This document shows positions 11,501 to 26,500 of a DNA stretch of 64,000 nt, in pieces. Positions within the stretch are counted from its first letter, which is position 1. Each line of letters starts with the position of its first letter. Under the pieces are notes generated by a model. That model was not told the origin of the DNA. It did no database searches and worked only from the letters and a program-made list of their open reading frames with translations. Source of the DNA: Auanema rhodensis (Eukaryota; Animalia; Nematoda). Both the position numbers and the translations under genes were made by a program. The stretch covers positions 2,480,001 through 2,544,000 of the forward strand of contig OZ059898.1 in NCBI GenBank assembly GCA_964057225.1, read 5' to 3'.

Positions 11501-14500
11501 TATCCTCGATTTTCACCCTGAAAAATTAATTTTTTCGTTGAATAACATTGTCCATCGTCTTTGCCTTGAAAAATGGAATCTAAAAACATCTACTTTTTGC
11601 TAAATTATTTTGAAATTTTTCGAAAAAATTTTTGTCAAAATGTTTTTGGAAGCAATGTTGAGTGTACATGGAAACTCAACATACACTAATGCATCATTTT
11701 TCAAACGATCATAACTAATTTTTGTATCAAGCGTTTCTTAATGTAGTATAGTGCATTCGATCCGGATTTTTAAGATGCGTCGATCTGTGTTATCAGATTT
11801 GCGCTAGCTTAAAAATGCACCGAGATATCAACTGATATAAGTTCACACTTATATCCTCGATTTTCACCCTGAAGAAATAATTTTTTCGTTGAATAACATT
11901 GTCCATCGTCTTTGCCTTGAAAAAAGGAATCTAAAAACATCTACTTTTTGCTAAATTATTTTGAAATTTTTCGAAAAAATTTTTGTCAAAATGTTTTTGG
12001 AAGCAATGTTGAGTGTACATGGAAACTCAACATACACTAATGCATCATTTTTCAAACGATCATAACTAATTTTTGTATCAAGCGTTTCTTAATGTAGTAT
12101 AGTGCATTCGATCCGGATTTTTCAGCTGCGTCGATCTGTGTTATCAGATTTGCGCTAGCTTAAAAATGCACCGAGATATCAACTGATATAAGTTCACACT
12201 TATATCCTCGATTTTCACCCTGAAAAATTAATTTTTTCGTTGAATAACATTGTCCATCGTCTTTGCCTTGAAAAATGGAATCTAAAAACATCTACTTTTT
12301 GCTAAATTATTTTGAAATTTTCCGAAAAAATTTTTGTCAAAATGTTTTTGGAAGCAATGTTGAGTGTACATGGAAACTCAACATACACTAATGCATCATT
12401 TTTCAAACGATCATAACTAATTTTTGTATCAAGCGTTTCTTAATGTAGTATAGTGCATTCGATCCGGATTTTTAAGATGCGTCGATCTGTGTTATCAGAT
12501 TAGCGCTAGCTTAAAAATGCACCGAGATATCAACTTATATAAGTTCACACTTATATCCTCGATTTTCACCCTGAAGAAATAATTTTTTCGTTGAATAACA
12601 TTGTCCATCGTCTTTGCCTTGAAAAAAGGAATCTAAAAACATCTACTTTTTGCTAAATTATTTTGAAATTTTTCGAAAAAATTTTTGTCAAAATGTTTTT
12701 GGAAGCAATGTTGAGTGTACATGGAAACTCAACATACACTAATGCATCATTTTTCAAACGATCATAACTAATTTTTGTATCAAGTGTTTCTCAATGTAAT
12801 ATATTGCATTCGATGCGGATTTTTAAGCTGCGTCGATCTGTGTTATCAGATTTGCGCTAGCTTAAAAATGCACCGAGATATCAACTGATATAAGTTCACA
12901 CTTATATCCTCGATTTTCACCCTGAAAAATTAATTTTTTCGTTGAATAACATTGTCCATCGTCTTTGCCTTGAAAAATGGAATCTAAAAACATCTACTTT
13001 TTGCTAAATTATTTTGAAATTTTTCGAAAAAATTTTTGTCAAAATGTTTTTGGAAGCAATGTTGAGTGTACATGGAAACTCAACATACACTAATGCATCA
13101 TTTTTCAAACGATCACAACTAATTTTTGTATCAAGCGTTTCTTAATGTAGTATAGTGCATTCGATCCGGATTTTTAAGCTGCGTCAATCTGTGTTATCAG
13201 ATTTGCGCTAGCTTAAAAATGCACCGAGATATCAACTGATATAAGTTCACACTTATATCCTCGATTTTCACCCTGAAGAAATAATTTTTTCGTTGAATAA
13301 CATTGTCCATCGTCTTTGCCTTGAAAAAAGGAATCTAAAAACATCTACTTTTTGCTAAATTATTTTGAAATTTTTCGAAAAAATTTTTGTCAAAATGTTT
13401 TTGGAAGCAATGTTGAGTGTACATGGAAACTCAACATACACTAATGCATCATTTTTCAAACGATCATAACTAATTTTTGTATCAAGTGTTTCTCAATGTA
13501 ATATAGTGCATTCGATGCGGATTTTTAAGCTGCGTCGATCTGTGTTATCAGATTTGCGCTAGCTTAAAAATGCACCGAGATATCAACTGATATAAGTTCA
13601 CACTTATATCCTCGATTTTCACCCTGAAAAATTAATTTTTTCGTTGAATAACATTGTCCATCGTCTTTGCCTTGAAAAATGGAATCTAAAAACATCTACT
13701 TTTTGCTAAATTATCTTGAAATTTTTCGAAAAAATTTTTGTCAAAATGTTTTTGGAAGCAATGTTGAGTGTACATGGAAACTCAACATACACTAATGCAT
13801 CATTTTTCAAACGATCATAACTAATTTTTGTATCAAGCGTTTCTTAATGTAGTATAGTGCATTCGATCCGGATTTTTAAGATGCGTCGATCTGTGTTATC
13901 AGATTTGCGCTAGCTTAAAAATGCACCGAGATATCAACTGATATAAGTTCACACTTATATCCTCGATTTTCACCCTGAAGAAATAATTTTTTCGTTGAAT
14001 AACATTGTCCATCGTCTTTGCCTTGAAAAAAGGAATCTAAAAACATCTACTTTTTGCTAAATTATTTTGAAATTTTTCGAAAAAATTTTTGTCAAAATGT
14101 TTTTGGAAGCAATGTTGAGTGTACATGGAAACTCAACATACACTAATGCATCATTTTTCAAACGATCATAACTAATTTTTGTATCAAGCGTTTTTCAATG
14201 TAGCATAGTGCATTCGATGCGGATTTTTAAGCTGCGTCGAGCTGTGTTATCAGATTTGCGCTAGCTTAAAAATGCACCGAGATATCAACTGATATAAGTT
14301 CACACTTATATCCTCGAGTTTCACCCTGAGGAAGTAATTTTTTTGTTGAATAACATTGTCCATCGTCTTTGCCTTGAAAAATGGAATCTAAAAACATCTA
14401 CTTTTTGCTAAATTATTTTGAAATTTTTCGAAAAAATTTTTGTCAAAATGTTTTTGGAAGCAATGTTGAGTGTACATGGAAACTCAACATACACTAATGC

Positions 14501-17500
14501 ATCATTTTTCAAACGATCATAACTAATTTTTGTATCAAGTGTTTCTCAATGTAATATAGTGCATTCGATGCGGATTTTTAAGCTGCGTCGATCTGTGTTA
14601 TCAGATTTGCGCTAGCTTAAAAATGCACCGAGATATCAACTGATATAAGTTCACACTTATATCCTCGATTTTCACCCTGAAAAATTAATTTTTTCGTTGA
14701 ATAACATTGTCCATCGTCTTTGCCTTGAAAAATGGAATCTAAAAACATCTACTTTTTGCTAAATTATTTTGAAATTTTCCGAAAAAATTTTTGTCAAAAT
14801 GTTTTTGGAAGCAATGTTGAGTGTACATGGAAACTCAACATACACTAATGCATCATTTTTCAAACGATCATAACTAATTTTTGTATCAAGCGTTTCTTAA
14901 TGTAGTATAGTGCATTCGATCCGGATTTTTAAGATGCGTCGATCTGTGTTATCAGATTAGCGCTAGCTTAAAAATGCACCGAGATATCAACTGATATAAG
15001 TTCACACTTATATCCTCGATTTTCACCCTGAAGAAATAATTTTTTCGTTGAATAACATTGTCCATCGTCTTTGCCTTGAAAAAAGGAATCTAAAAACATC
15101 TACTTTTTGCTAAATTATTTTGAAATTTTTCGAAAAAATTTTTGTCAAAATGTTTTTGGAAGCAATGTTGAGTGTACATGGAAACTCAACATACACTAAT
15201 GCATCATTTTTCAAACGATCACAACTAATTTTTGTATCAAGCGTTTCTTAATGTAGTATAGTGCATTCGATCCGGATTTTTAAGATGCGTCGATCTGTGT
15301 TATCAGATTAGCGCTAGCTTAAAAATGCACCGAGATATCAACTGATATAAGTTCACACTTATATCCTCGATTTTCACCCTGAAGAAATAATTTTTTCGTT
15401 GAATAACATTGTCCATCGTCTTTGCCTTGAAAAAAGGAATCTAAAAACATCTACTTTTTGCTAAATTATTTTGAAATTTTTCGAAAAAATTTTTGTCAAA
15501 ATGTTTTTGGAAGCAATGTTGAGTGTACATGGAAACTCAACATACACTAATGCATCATTTTTCAAACGATCACAACTAATTTTTGTATCAAGCGTTTCTT
15601 AATGTAGTATAGTGCATTCGATCCGGATTTTTAAGATGCGTCGATCTGTGTTATCAGATTAGCGCTAGCTTAAAAATGCACCGAGATATCAACTGATATA
15701 AGTTCACACTTATATCCTCGATTTTCACCCTGAAGAAATAATTTTTTCGTTGAATAACATTGTCCATCGTCTTTGCCTTGAAAAAAGGAATCTAAAAACA
15801 TCTACTTTTTGCTAAATTATTTTGAAATTTTTCGAAAAAATTTTTGTCAAAATGTTTTTGGAAGCAATGTTGAGTGTACATGGAAACTCAACATACACTA
15901 ATGCATCATTTTTCAAACGATCATAACTAATTTTTGTATCAAGTGTTTCTCAATGTAATATAGTGCATTCGATGCGGATTTTTAAGCTGCGTCGATCTGT
16001 GTTATCAGATTTGCGCTAGCTTAAAAATGCACCGAGATATCAACTGATATAAGTTCACACTTATATCCTCGATTTTCACCCTGAAAAATTAATTTTTTCG
16101 TTGAATAACATTGTCCATCGTCTTTGCCTTGAAAAATGGAATCTAAAAACATCTACTTTTTGCTAAATTATTTTGAAATTTTCCGAAAAAATTTTTGTCA
16201 AAATGTTTTTGGAAGCAATGTTGAGTGTACATGGAAACTCAACATACACTAATGCATCATTTTTCAAACGATCATAACTAATTTTTGTATCAAGCGTTTC
16301 TTAATGTAGTATAGTGCATTCGATCCGGATTTTTAAGATGCGTCGATCTGTGTTATCAGATTAGCGCTAGCTTAAAAATGCACCGAGATATCAACTGATA
16401 TAAGTTCACACTTATATCCTCGATTTTCACCCTGAAGAAATAATTTTTTCGTTGAATAACATTGTCCATCGTCTTTGCCTTGAAAAAAGGAATCTAAAAA
16501 CATCTACTTTTTGCTAAATTATTTTGAAATTTTTCGAAAAAATTTTTGTCAAAATGTTTTTGGAAGCAATGTTGAGTGTACATGGAAACTCAACATACAC
16601 TAATGCATCATTTTTCAAACGATCACAACTAATTTTTGTATCAAGCGTTTCTTAATGTAGTATAGTGCATTCGATCCGGATTTTTAAGATGCGTCGATCT
16701 GTGTTATCAGATTAGCGCTAGCTTAAAAATGCACCGAGATATCAACTGATATAAGTTCACACTTATATCCTCGATTTTCACCCTGAAGAAATAATTTTTT
16801 CGTTGAATAACATTGTCCATCGTCTTTGCCTTGAAAAAAGGAATCTAAAAACATCTACTTTTTGCTAAATTATTTTGAAATTTTTCGAAAAAATTTTTGT
16901 CAAAATGTTTTTGGAAGCAATGTTGAGTGTACATGGAAACTCAACATACACTAATGCATCATTTTTCAAACGATCACAACTAATTTTTGTATCAAGCGTT
17001 TCTTAATGTAGTATAGTGCATTCGATCCGGATTTTTAAGATGCGTCGATCTGTGTTATCAGATTAGCGCTAGCTTAAAAATGCACCGAGATATCAACTGA
17101 TATAAGTTCACACTTATATCCTCGATTTTCACCCTGAAGAAATAATTTTTTCGTTGAATAACATTGTCCATCGTCTTTGCCTTGAAAAAAGGAATCTAAA
17201 AACATCTACTTTTTGCTAAATTATTTTGAAATTTTTCGAAAAAATTTTTGTCAAAATGTTTTTGGAAGCAATGTTGAGTGTACATGGAAACTCAACATAC
17301 ACTAATGCATCATTTTTCAAACGATCACAACTAATTTTTGTATCAAGCGTTTCTTAATGTAGTATAGTGCATTCGATCCGGATTTTTAAGATGCGTCGAT
17401 CTGTGTTATCAGATTAGCGCTAGCTTAAAAATGCACCGAGATATCAACTGATATAAGTTCACACTTATATCCTCGATTTTCACCCTGAAGAAATAATTTT

Positions 17501-20500
17501 TTCGTTGAATAACATTGTCCATCGTCTTTGCCTTGAAAAAAGGAATCTAAAAACATCTACTTTTTGCTAAATTATTTTGAAATTTTTCGAAAAAATTTTT
17601 GTCAAAATGTTTTTGGAAGCAATGTTGAGTGTACATGGAAACTCAACATACACTAATGCATCATTTTTCAAACGATCATAACTAATTTTTGTATCAAGTG
17701 TTTCTCAATGTAATATAGTGCATTCGACGCGGATTTTTAAGCTGCGTCGATCTGTGTTATCAGATTTGCGCTAGCTTAAAAATGCACCGAGATATCAACT
17801 GATATAAGTTCACACTTATATCCTCGATTTTCACCCTGAAAAATTAATTTTTTCGTTGAATAACATTGTCCATCGTCTTTGCCTTGAAAAATGGAATCTA
17901 AAAACATCTACTTTTTGCTAAATTATTTTGAAATTTTCCGAAAAAATTTTTGTCAAAATGTTTTTGGAAGCAATGTTGAGTGTACATGGAAACTCAACAT
18001 ACACTAATGCATCATTTTTCAAACGATCATAACTAATTTTTGTATCAAGCGTTTCTTAATGTAGTATAGTGCATTCGATCCGGATTTTTAAGATGCGTCG
18101 ATCTGTGTTATCAGATTAGCGCTAGCTTAAAAATGCACCGAGATATCAACTGATATAAGTTCACACTTATATCCTCGATTTTCACCCTGAAGAAATAATT
18201 TTTTCGTTGAATAACATTGTCCATCGTCTTTGCCTTGAAAAAAGGAATCTAAAAACATCTACTTTTTGCTAAATTATTTTGAAATTTTTCGAAAAAATTT
18301 TTGTCAAAATGTTTTTGGAAGCAATGTTGAGTGTACATGGAAACTCAACATACACTAATGCATCATTTTTCAAACGATCACAACTAATTTTTGTATCAAG
18401 CGTTTCTTAATGTAGTATAGTGCATTCGATCCGGATTTTTAAGATGCGTCGATCTGTGTTATCAGATTAGCGCTAGCTTAAAAATGCACCGAGATATCAA
18501 CTGATATAAGTTCACACTTATATCCTCGATTTTCACCCTGAAGAAATAATTTTTTCGTTGAATAACATTGTCCATCGTCTTTGCCTTGAAAAAAGGAATC
18601 TAAAAACATCTACTTTTTGCTAAATTATTTTGAAATTTTTCGAAAAAATTTTTGTCAAAATGTTTTTGGAAGCAATGTTGAGTGTACATGGAAACTCAAC
18701 ATACACTAATGCATCATTTTTCAAACGATCACAACTAATTTTTGTATCAAGCGTTTCTTAATGTAGTATAGTGCATTCGATCCGGATTTTTAAGATGCGT
18801 CGATCTGTGTTATCAGATTAGCGCTAGCTTAAAAATGCACCGAGATATCAACTGATATAAGTTCACACTTATATCCTCGATTTTCACCCTGAAGAAATAA
18901 TTTTTTCGTTGAATAACATTGTCCATCGTCTTTGCCTTGAAAAAAGGAATCTAAAAACATCTACTTTTTGCTAAATTATTTTGAAATTTTTCGAAAAAAT
19001 TTTTGTCAAAATGTTTTTGGAAGCAATGTTGAGTGTACATGGAAACTCAACATACACTAATGCATCATTTTTCAAACGATCATAACTAATTTTTGTATCA
19101 AGTGTTTCTCAATGTAATATAGTGCATTCGATGCGGATTTTTAAGCTGCGTCGATCTGTGTTATCAGATTTGCGCTAGCTTAAAAATGCACCGAGATATC
19201 AACTGATATAAGTTCACACTTATATCCTCGATTTTCACCCTGAAAAATTAATTTTTTCGTTGAATAACATTGTCCATCGTCTTTGCCTTGAAAAATGGAA
19301 TCTAAAAACATCTACTTTTTGCTAAATTATTTTGAAATTTTTCGAAAAAATTTTTGTCAAAATGTTTTTGGAAGCAATGTTGAGTGTACATGGAAACTCA
19401 ACATACACTAATGCATCATTTTTCAAACGATCATAACTAATTTTTGTATCAAGCGTTTTTCAATGTAGTATAGTGCATTCGATGCGGATTTTTAAGCTGC
19501 GTCGAGCTGTGTTATCAGATTTGCGCTAGCTTAAAAATGCACCGAGATATCAACTGATATAAGTTCACACTTATATCCTCGAGTTTCACCCTGAGGAAGT
19601 AATTTTTTTGTTGAATAACATTGTCCATCGTCTTTGCCTTGAAAAATGGAATCTAAAAACATCTACTTTTTGCTAAATTATTTTGAAATTTTTCGAAAAA
19701 ATTTTTGTCAAAATGTTTTTGGAAGCAATGTTGAGTGTACATGGAAACTCAACATACACTAATGCATCATTTTTCAAACGATCATAACTAATTTTTGTAT
19801 CAAGCGTTTCTTAATGTAGTATAGTGCATTCGATCCGGATTTTTAAGATGCGTCGATCTGTGTTATCAGATTTGCGCTAGCTTAAAAATGCACCGAGATA
19901 TCAACTGATATAAGTTCACACTTATATCCTCGATTTTCACCCTGAAGAATTAATTTTTTCGTTGAATAACATTGTCTATCGTCTTTGCCTTGAGAAATGG
20001 AATCTAAAAACATCTACTTTCTGCTAAATTATTTTGAAATTTTTCGAAAAAATTTTTGTCAAAATGTTTTTGGAAGCAATGTTGAGTGTACATGGAAACT
20101 CAACATACACTAATGCATCATTTTTCAAACGATCATAACTAATTTTTGTATCAAGCGTTTTTCAATGTAGTATAGTGCATTCGATGCGGATTTTTAAGCT
20201 GCGTCGAGCTGTGTTATCAGATTTGCGCTAGCTTAAAAATGCACCGAGATATCAACTGATATAAGTTCACACTTATATCCTCGATTTTCACCCTGAAGAA
20301 ATAATTTTTTTGTTGAATAACATTGTCCATCGTCTTTGCCTTGAAAAATGGAATCTAAAAACATCTACTTTTTGCTAAATTATTTTGAAATTTTTCGAAA
20401 AAATTTTTGTCAAAATGTTTTTGGAAGCAATGTTGAGTGTACATGGAAACTCAACATACACTAATGCATCATTTTTCAAACGATCATAACTAATTTTTGT

Positions 20501-20526
20501 ATCAAGTGTTTTTCAATGTAATATAG
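8593..20526. repeat. Copy 1 of a 34-monomer (11,934 bp) tandem duplication
   Basis: Private variants at 12123, 12536, 13715 and 17728 recur exactly 11,934 bp downstream. Monomer-type order M26-M58 equals M60-M92. Boundaries approximate. Confidence 0.93.
14392..18954. repeat. Nested variable-length higher-order unit (4, 5, 4 monomers); duplicated at 26326-30888
   Basis: Order B-A'-E-E / B-A'-E-E-E / B-A'-E-E. B carries AAGTG/TAATA/GAAAAATT, A' carries TTCCGA plus TTAGCG, and E carries TCACAA plus TTAGCG. Confidence 0.85.
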
Positions 20527-23500
20527 TGCATTCGATGCGGATTTTTAAGCTGCGTCGATCTGTGTTATCAGATTTGCGCTAGCTTAAAAATGCACCGAGA
20601 TATCAACTGATATAAGTTCACACTTATATCCTCGATTTTCACCCTGAAAAATTAATTTTTTCGTTGAATAACATTGTCCATCGTCTTTGCCTTGAAAAAT
20701 GGAATCTAAAAACATCTACTTTTTGCTAAATTATTTTGAAATTTTTCGAAAAAATTTTTGTCAAAATGTTTTTGGAAGCAATGTTGAGTGTACATGGAAA
20801 CTCAACATACACTAATGCATCATTTTTCAAACGATCACAACTAATTTTTGTATCAAGCGTTTCTTAATGTAGTATAGTGCATTCGATCCGGATTTTTAAG
20901 CTGCGTCAATCTGTGTTATCAGATTTGCGCTAGCTTAAAAATGCACCGAGATATCAACTGATATAAGTTCACACTTATATCCTCGATTTTCACCCTGAAG
21001 AAATAATTTTTTCGTTGAATAACATTGTCCATCGTCTTTGCCTTGAAAAAAGGAATCTAAAAACATCTACTTTTTGCTAAATTATTTTGAAATTTTTCGA
21101 AAAAATTTTTGTCAAAATGTTTTTGGAAGCAATGTTGAGTGTACATGGAAACTCAACATACACTAATGCATCATTTTTCAAACGATCATAACTAATTTTT
21201 GTATCAAGTGTTTCTCAATGTAATATAGTGCATTCGATGCGGATTTTTAAGCTGCGTCGATCTGTGTTATCAGATTTGCGCTAGCTTAAAAATGCACCGA
21301 GATATCAACTGATATAAGTTCACACTTATATCCTCGATTTTCACCCTGAAAAATTAATTTTTTCGTTGAATAACATTGTCCATCGTCTTTGCCTTGAAAA
21401 ATGGAATCTAAAAACATCTACTTTTTGCTAAATTATTTTGAAATTTTTCGAAAAAATTTTTGTCAAAATGTTTTTGGAAGCAATGTTGAGTGTACATGGA
21501 AACTCAACATACACTAATGCATCATTTTTCAAACGATCATAACTAATTTTTGTATCAAGCGTTTCTTAATGTAGTATAGTGCATTCGATCCGGATTTTTA
21601 AGATGCGTCGATCTGTGTTATCAGATTTGCGCTAGCTTAAAAATGCACCGAGATATCAACTGATATAAGTTCACACTTATATCCTCGATTTTCACCCTGA
21701 AGAAATAATTTTTTCGTTGAATAACATTGTCCATCGTCTTTGCCTTGAAAAAAGGAATCTAAAAACATCTACTTTTTGCTAAATTATTTTGAAATTTTTC
21801 GAAAAAATTTTTGTCAAAATGTTTTTGGAAGCAATGTTGAGTGTACATGGAAACTCAACATACACTAATGCATCATTTTTCAAACGATCATAACTAATTT
21901 TTGTATCAAGCGTTTCTTAATGTAGTATAGTGCATTCGATCCGGATTTTTAAGCTGCGTCGATCTGTGTTATCAGATTTGCGCTAGCTTAAAAATGCACC
22001 GAGATATCAACTGATATAAGTTCACACTTATATCCTCGATTTTCACCCTGAAAAATTAATTTTTTCGTTGAATAACATTGTCCATCGTCTTTGCCTTGAA
22101 AAATGGAATCTAAAAACATCTACTTTTTGCTAAATTATTTTGAAATTTTTCGAAAAAATTTTTGTCAAAATGTTTTTGGAAGCAATGTTGAGTGTACATG
22201 GAAACTCAACATACACTAATGCATCATTTTTCAAACGATCACAACTAATTTTTGTATCAAGCGTTTCTTAATGTAGTATAGTGCATTCGATCCGGATTTT
22301 TAAGCTGCGTCAATCTGTGTTATCAGATTTGCGCTAGCTTAAAAATGCACCGAGATATCAACTGATATAAGTTCACACTTATATCCTCGATTTTCACCCT
22401 GAAGAAATAATTTTTTCGTTGAATAACATTGTCCATCGTCTTTGCCTTGAAAAAAGGAATCTAAAAACATCTACTTTTTGCTAAATTATTTTGAAATTTT
22501 TCGAAAAAATTTTTGTCAAAATGTTTTTGGAAGCAATGTTGAGTGTACATGGAAACTCAACATACACTAATGCATCATTTTTCAAACGATCATAACTAAT
22601 TTTTGTATCAAGTGTTTCTCAATGTAATATAGTGCATTCGATGCGGATTTTTAAGCTGCGTCGATCTGTGTTATCAGATTTGCGCTAGCTTAAAAATGCA
22701 CCGAGATATCAACTGATATAAGTTCACACTTATATCCTCGATTTTCACCCTGAAAAATTAATTTTTTCGTTGAATAACATTGTCCATCGTCTTTGCCTTG
22801 AAAAATGGAATCTAAAAACATCTACTTTTTGCTAAATTATTTTGAAATTTTTCGAAAAAATTTTTGTCAAAATGTTTTTGGAAGCAATGTTGAGTGTACA
22901 TGGAAACTCAACATACACTAATGCATCATTTTTCAAACGATCATAACTAATTTTTGTATTAAGCGTTTCTCAATGTAGTATAGTGCATTCGATGCGGATT
23001 TTTAAGCTGCGTCGATCTGTGTTATCAGATTTGCGCTAGCTTAAAAATGCACCGAGATATCAACTGATATAAGTTCACACTTATATCCTCGATTTTCACC
23101 CTGAAGAAATAATTTTTTCGTTGAATAACATTGTCCATCGTCTTTGCCTTGAAAAAAGGAATCTAAAAACATCTACTTTTTGCTAAATTATTTTGAAATT
23201 TTTCGAAAAAATTTTTGTCAAAATGTTTTTGGAAGCAATGTTGAGTGTACATGGAAACTCAACATACACTAATGCATCATTTTTCAAACGATCATAACTA
23301 ATTTTTGTATCAAGTGTTTCTCAATGTAATATAGTGCATTCGATGCGGATTTTTAAGCTGCGTCGATCTGTGTTATCAGATTTGCGCTAGCTTAAAAATG
23401 CACCGAGATATCAACTGATATAAGTTCACACTTATATCCTCGATTTTCACCCTGAAAAATTAATTTTTTCGTTGAATAACATTGTCCATCGTCTTTGCCT

Positions 23501-26500
23501 TGAAAAATGGAATCTAAAAACATCTACTTTTTGCTAAATTATTTTGAAATTTTTCGAAAAAATTTTTGTCAAAATGTTTTTGGAAGCAATGTTGAGTGTA
23601 CATGGAAACTCAACATACACTAATGCATCATTTTTCAAACGATCATAACTAATTTTTGTATCAAGCGTTTCTTAATGTAGTATAGTGCATTCGATCCGGA
23701 TTTTTAAGATGCGTCGATCTGTGTTATCAGATTTGCGCTAGCTTAAAAATGCACCGAGATATCAACTGATATAAGTTCACACTTATATCCTCGATTTTCA
23801 CCCTGAAGAAATAATTTTTTCGTTGAATAACATTGTCCATCGTCTTTGCCTTGAAAAAAGGAATCTAAAAACATCTACTTTTTGCTAAATTATTTTGAAA
23901 TTTTTCGAAAAAATTTTTGTCAAAATGTTTTTGGAAGCAATGTTGAGTGTACATGGAAACTCAACATACACTAATGCATCATTTTTCAAACGATCATAAC
24001 TAATTTTTGTATCAAGCGTTTCTTAATGTAGTATAGTGCATTCGATCCGGATTTTTCAGCTGCGTCGATCTGTGTTATCAGATTTGCGCTAGCTTAAAAA
24101 TGCACCGAGATATCAACTGATATAAGTTCACACTTATATCCTCGATTTTCACCCTGAAAAATTAATTTTTTCGTTGAATAACATTGTCCATCGTCTTTGC
24201 CTTGAAAAATGGAATCTAAAAACATCTACTTTTTGCTAAATTATTTTGAAATTTTCCGAAAAAATTTTTGTCAAAATGTTTTTGGAAGCAATGTTGAGTG
24301 TACATGGAAACTCAACATACACTAATGCATCATTTTTCAAACGATCATAACTAATTTTTGTATCAAGCGTTTCTTAATGTAGTATAGTGCATTCGATCCG
24401 GATTTTTAAGATGCGTCGATCTGTGTTATCAGATTAGCGCTAGCTTAAAAATGCACCGAGATATCAACTTATATAAGTTCACACTTATATCCTCGATTTT
24501 CACCCTGAAGAAATAATTTTTTCGTTGAATAACATTGTCCATCGTCTTTGCCTTGAAAAAAGGAATCTAAAAACATCTACTTTTTGCTAAATTATTTTGA
24601 AATTTTTCGAAAAAATTTTTGTCAAAATGTTTTTGGAAGCAATGTTGAGTGTACATGGAAACTCAACATACACTAATGCATCATTTTTCAAACGATCATA
24701 ACTAATTTTTGTATCAAGTGTTTCTCAATGTAATATATTGCATTCGATGCGGATTTTTAAGCTGCGTCGATCTGTGTTATCAGATTTGCGCTAGCTTAAA
24801 AATGCACCGAGATATCAACTGATATAAGTTCACACTTATATCCTCGATTTTCACCCTGAAAAATTAATTTTTTCGTTGAATAACATTGTCCATCGTCTTT
24901 GCCTTGAAAAATGGAATCTAAAAACATCTACTTTTTGCTAAATTATTTTGAAATTTTTCGAAAAAATTTTTGTCAAAATGTTTTTGGAAGCAATGTTGAG
25001 TGTACATGGAAACTCAACATACACTAATGCATCATTTTTCAAACGATCACAACTAATTTTTGTATCAAGCGTTTCTTAATGTAGTATAGTGCATTCGATC
25101 CGGATTTTTAAGCTGCGTCAATCTGTGTTATCAGATTTGCGCTAGCTTAAAAATGCACCGAGATATCAACTGATATAAGTTCACACTTATATCCTCGATT
25201 TTCACCCTGAAGAAATAATTTTTTCGTTGAATAACATTGTCCATCGTCTTTGCCTTGAAAAAAGGAATCTAAAAACATCTACTTTTTGCTAAATTATTTT
25301 GAAATTTTTCGAAAAAATTTTTGTCAAAATGTTTTTGGAAGCAATGTTGAGTGTACATGGAAACTCAACATACACTAATGCATCATTTTTCAAACGATCA
25401 TAACTAATTTTTGTATCAAGTGTTTCTCAATGTAATATAGTGCATTCGATGCGGATTTTTAAGCTGCGTCGATCTGTGTTATCAGATTTGCGCTAGCTTA
25501 AAAATGCACCGAGATATCAACTGATATAAGTTCACACTTATATCCTCGATTTTCACCCTGAAAAATTAATTTTTTCGTTGAATAACATTGTCCATCGTCT
25601 TTGCCTTGAAAAATGGAATCTAAAAACATCTACTTTTTGCTAAATTATCTTGAAATTTTTCGAAAAAATTTTTGTCAAAATGTTTTTGGAAGCAATGTTG
25701 AGTGTACATGGAAACTCAACATACACTAATGCATCATTTTTCAAACGATCATAACTAATTTTTGTATCAAGCGTTTCTTAATGTAGTATAGTGCATTCGA
25801 TCCGGATTTTTAAGATGCGTCGATCTGTGTTATCAGATTTGCGCTAGCTTAAAAATGCACCGAGATATCAACTGATATAAGTTCACACTTATATCCTCGA
25901 TTTTCACCCTGAAGAAATAATTTTTTCGTTGAATAACATTGTCCATCGTCTTTGCCTTGAAAAAAGGAATCTAAAAACATCTACTTTTTGCTAAATTATT
26001 TTGAAATTTTTCGAAAAAATTTTTGTCAAAATGTTTTTGGAAGCAATGTTGAGTGTACATGGAAACTCAACATACACTAATGCATCATTTTTCAAACGAT
26101 CATAACTAATTTTTGTATCAAGCGTTTTTCAATGTAGCATAGTGCATTCGATGCGGATTTTTAAGCTGCGTCGAGCTGTGTTATCAGATTTGCGCTAGCT
26201 TAAAAATGCACCGAGATATCAACTGATATAAGTTCACACTTATATCCTCGAGTTTCACCCTGAGGAAGTAATTTTTTTGTTGAATAACATTGTCCATCGT
26301 CTTTGCCTTGAAAAATGGAATCTAAAAACATCTACTTTTTGCTAAATTATTTTGAAATTTTTCGAAAAAATTTTTGTCAAAATGTTTTTGGAAGCAATGT
26401 TGAGTGTACATGGAAACTCAACATACACTAATGCATCATTTTTCAAACGATCATAACTAATTTTTGTATCAAGTGTTTCTCAATGTAATATAGTGCATTC

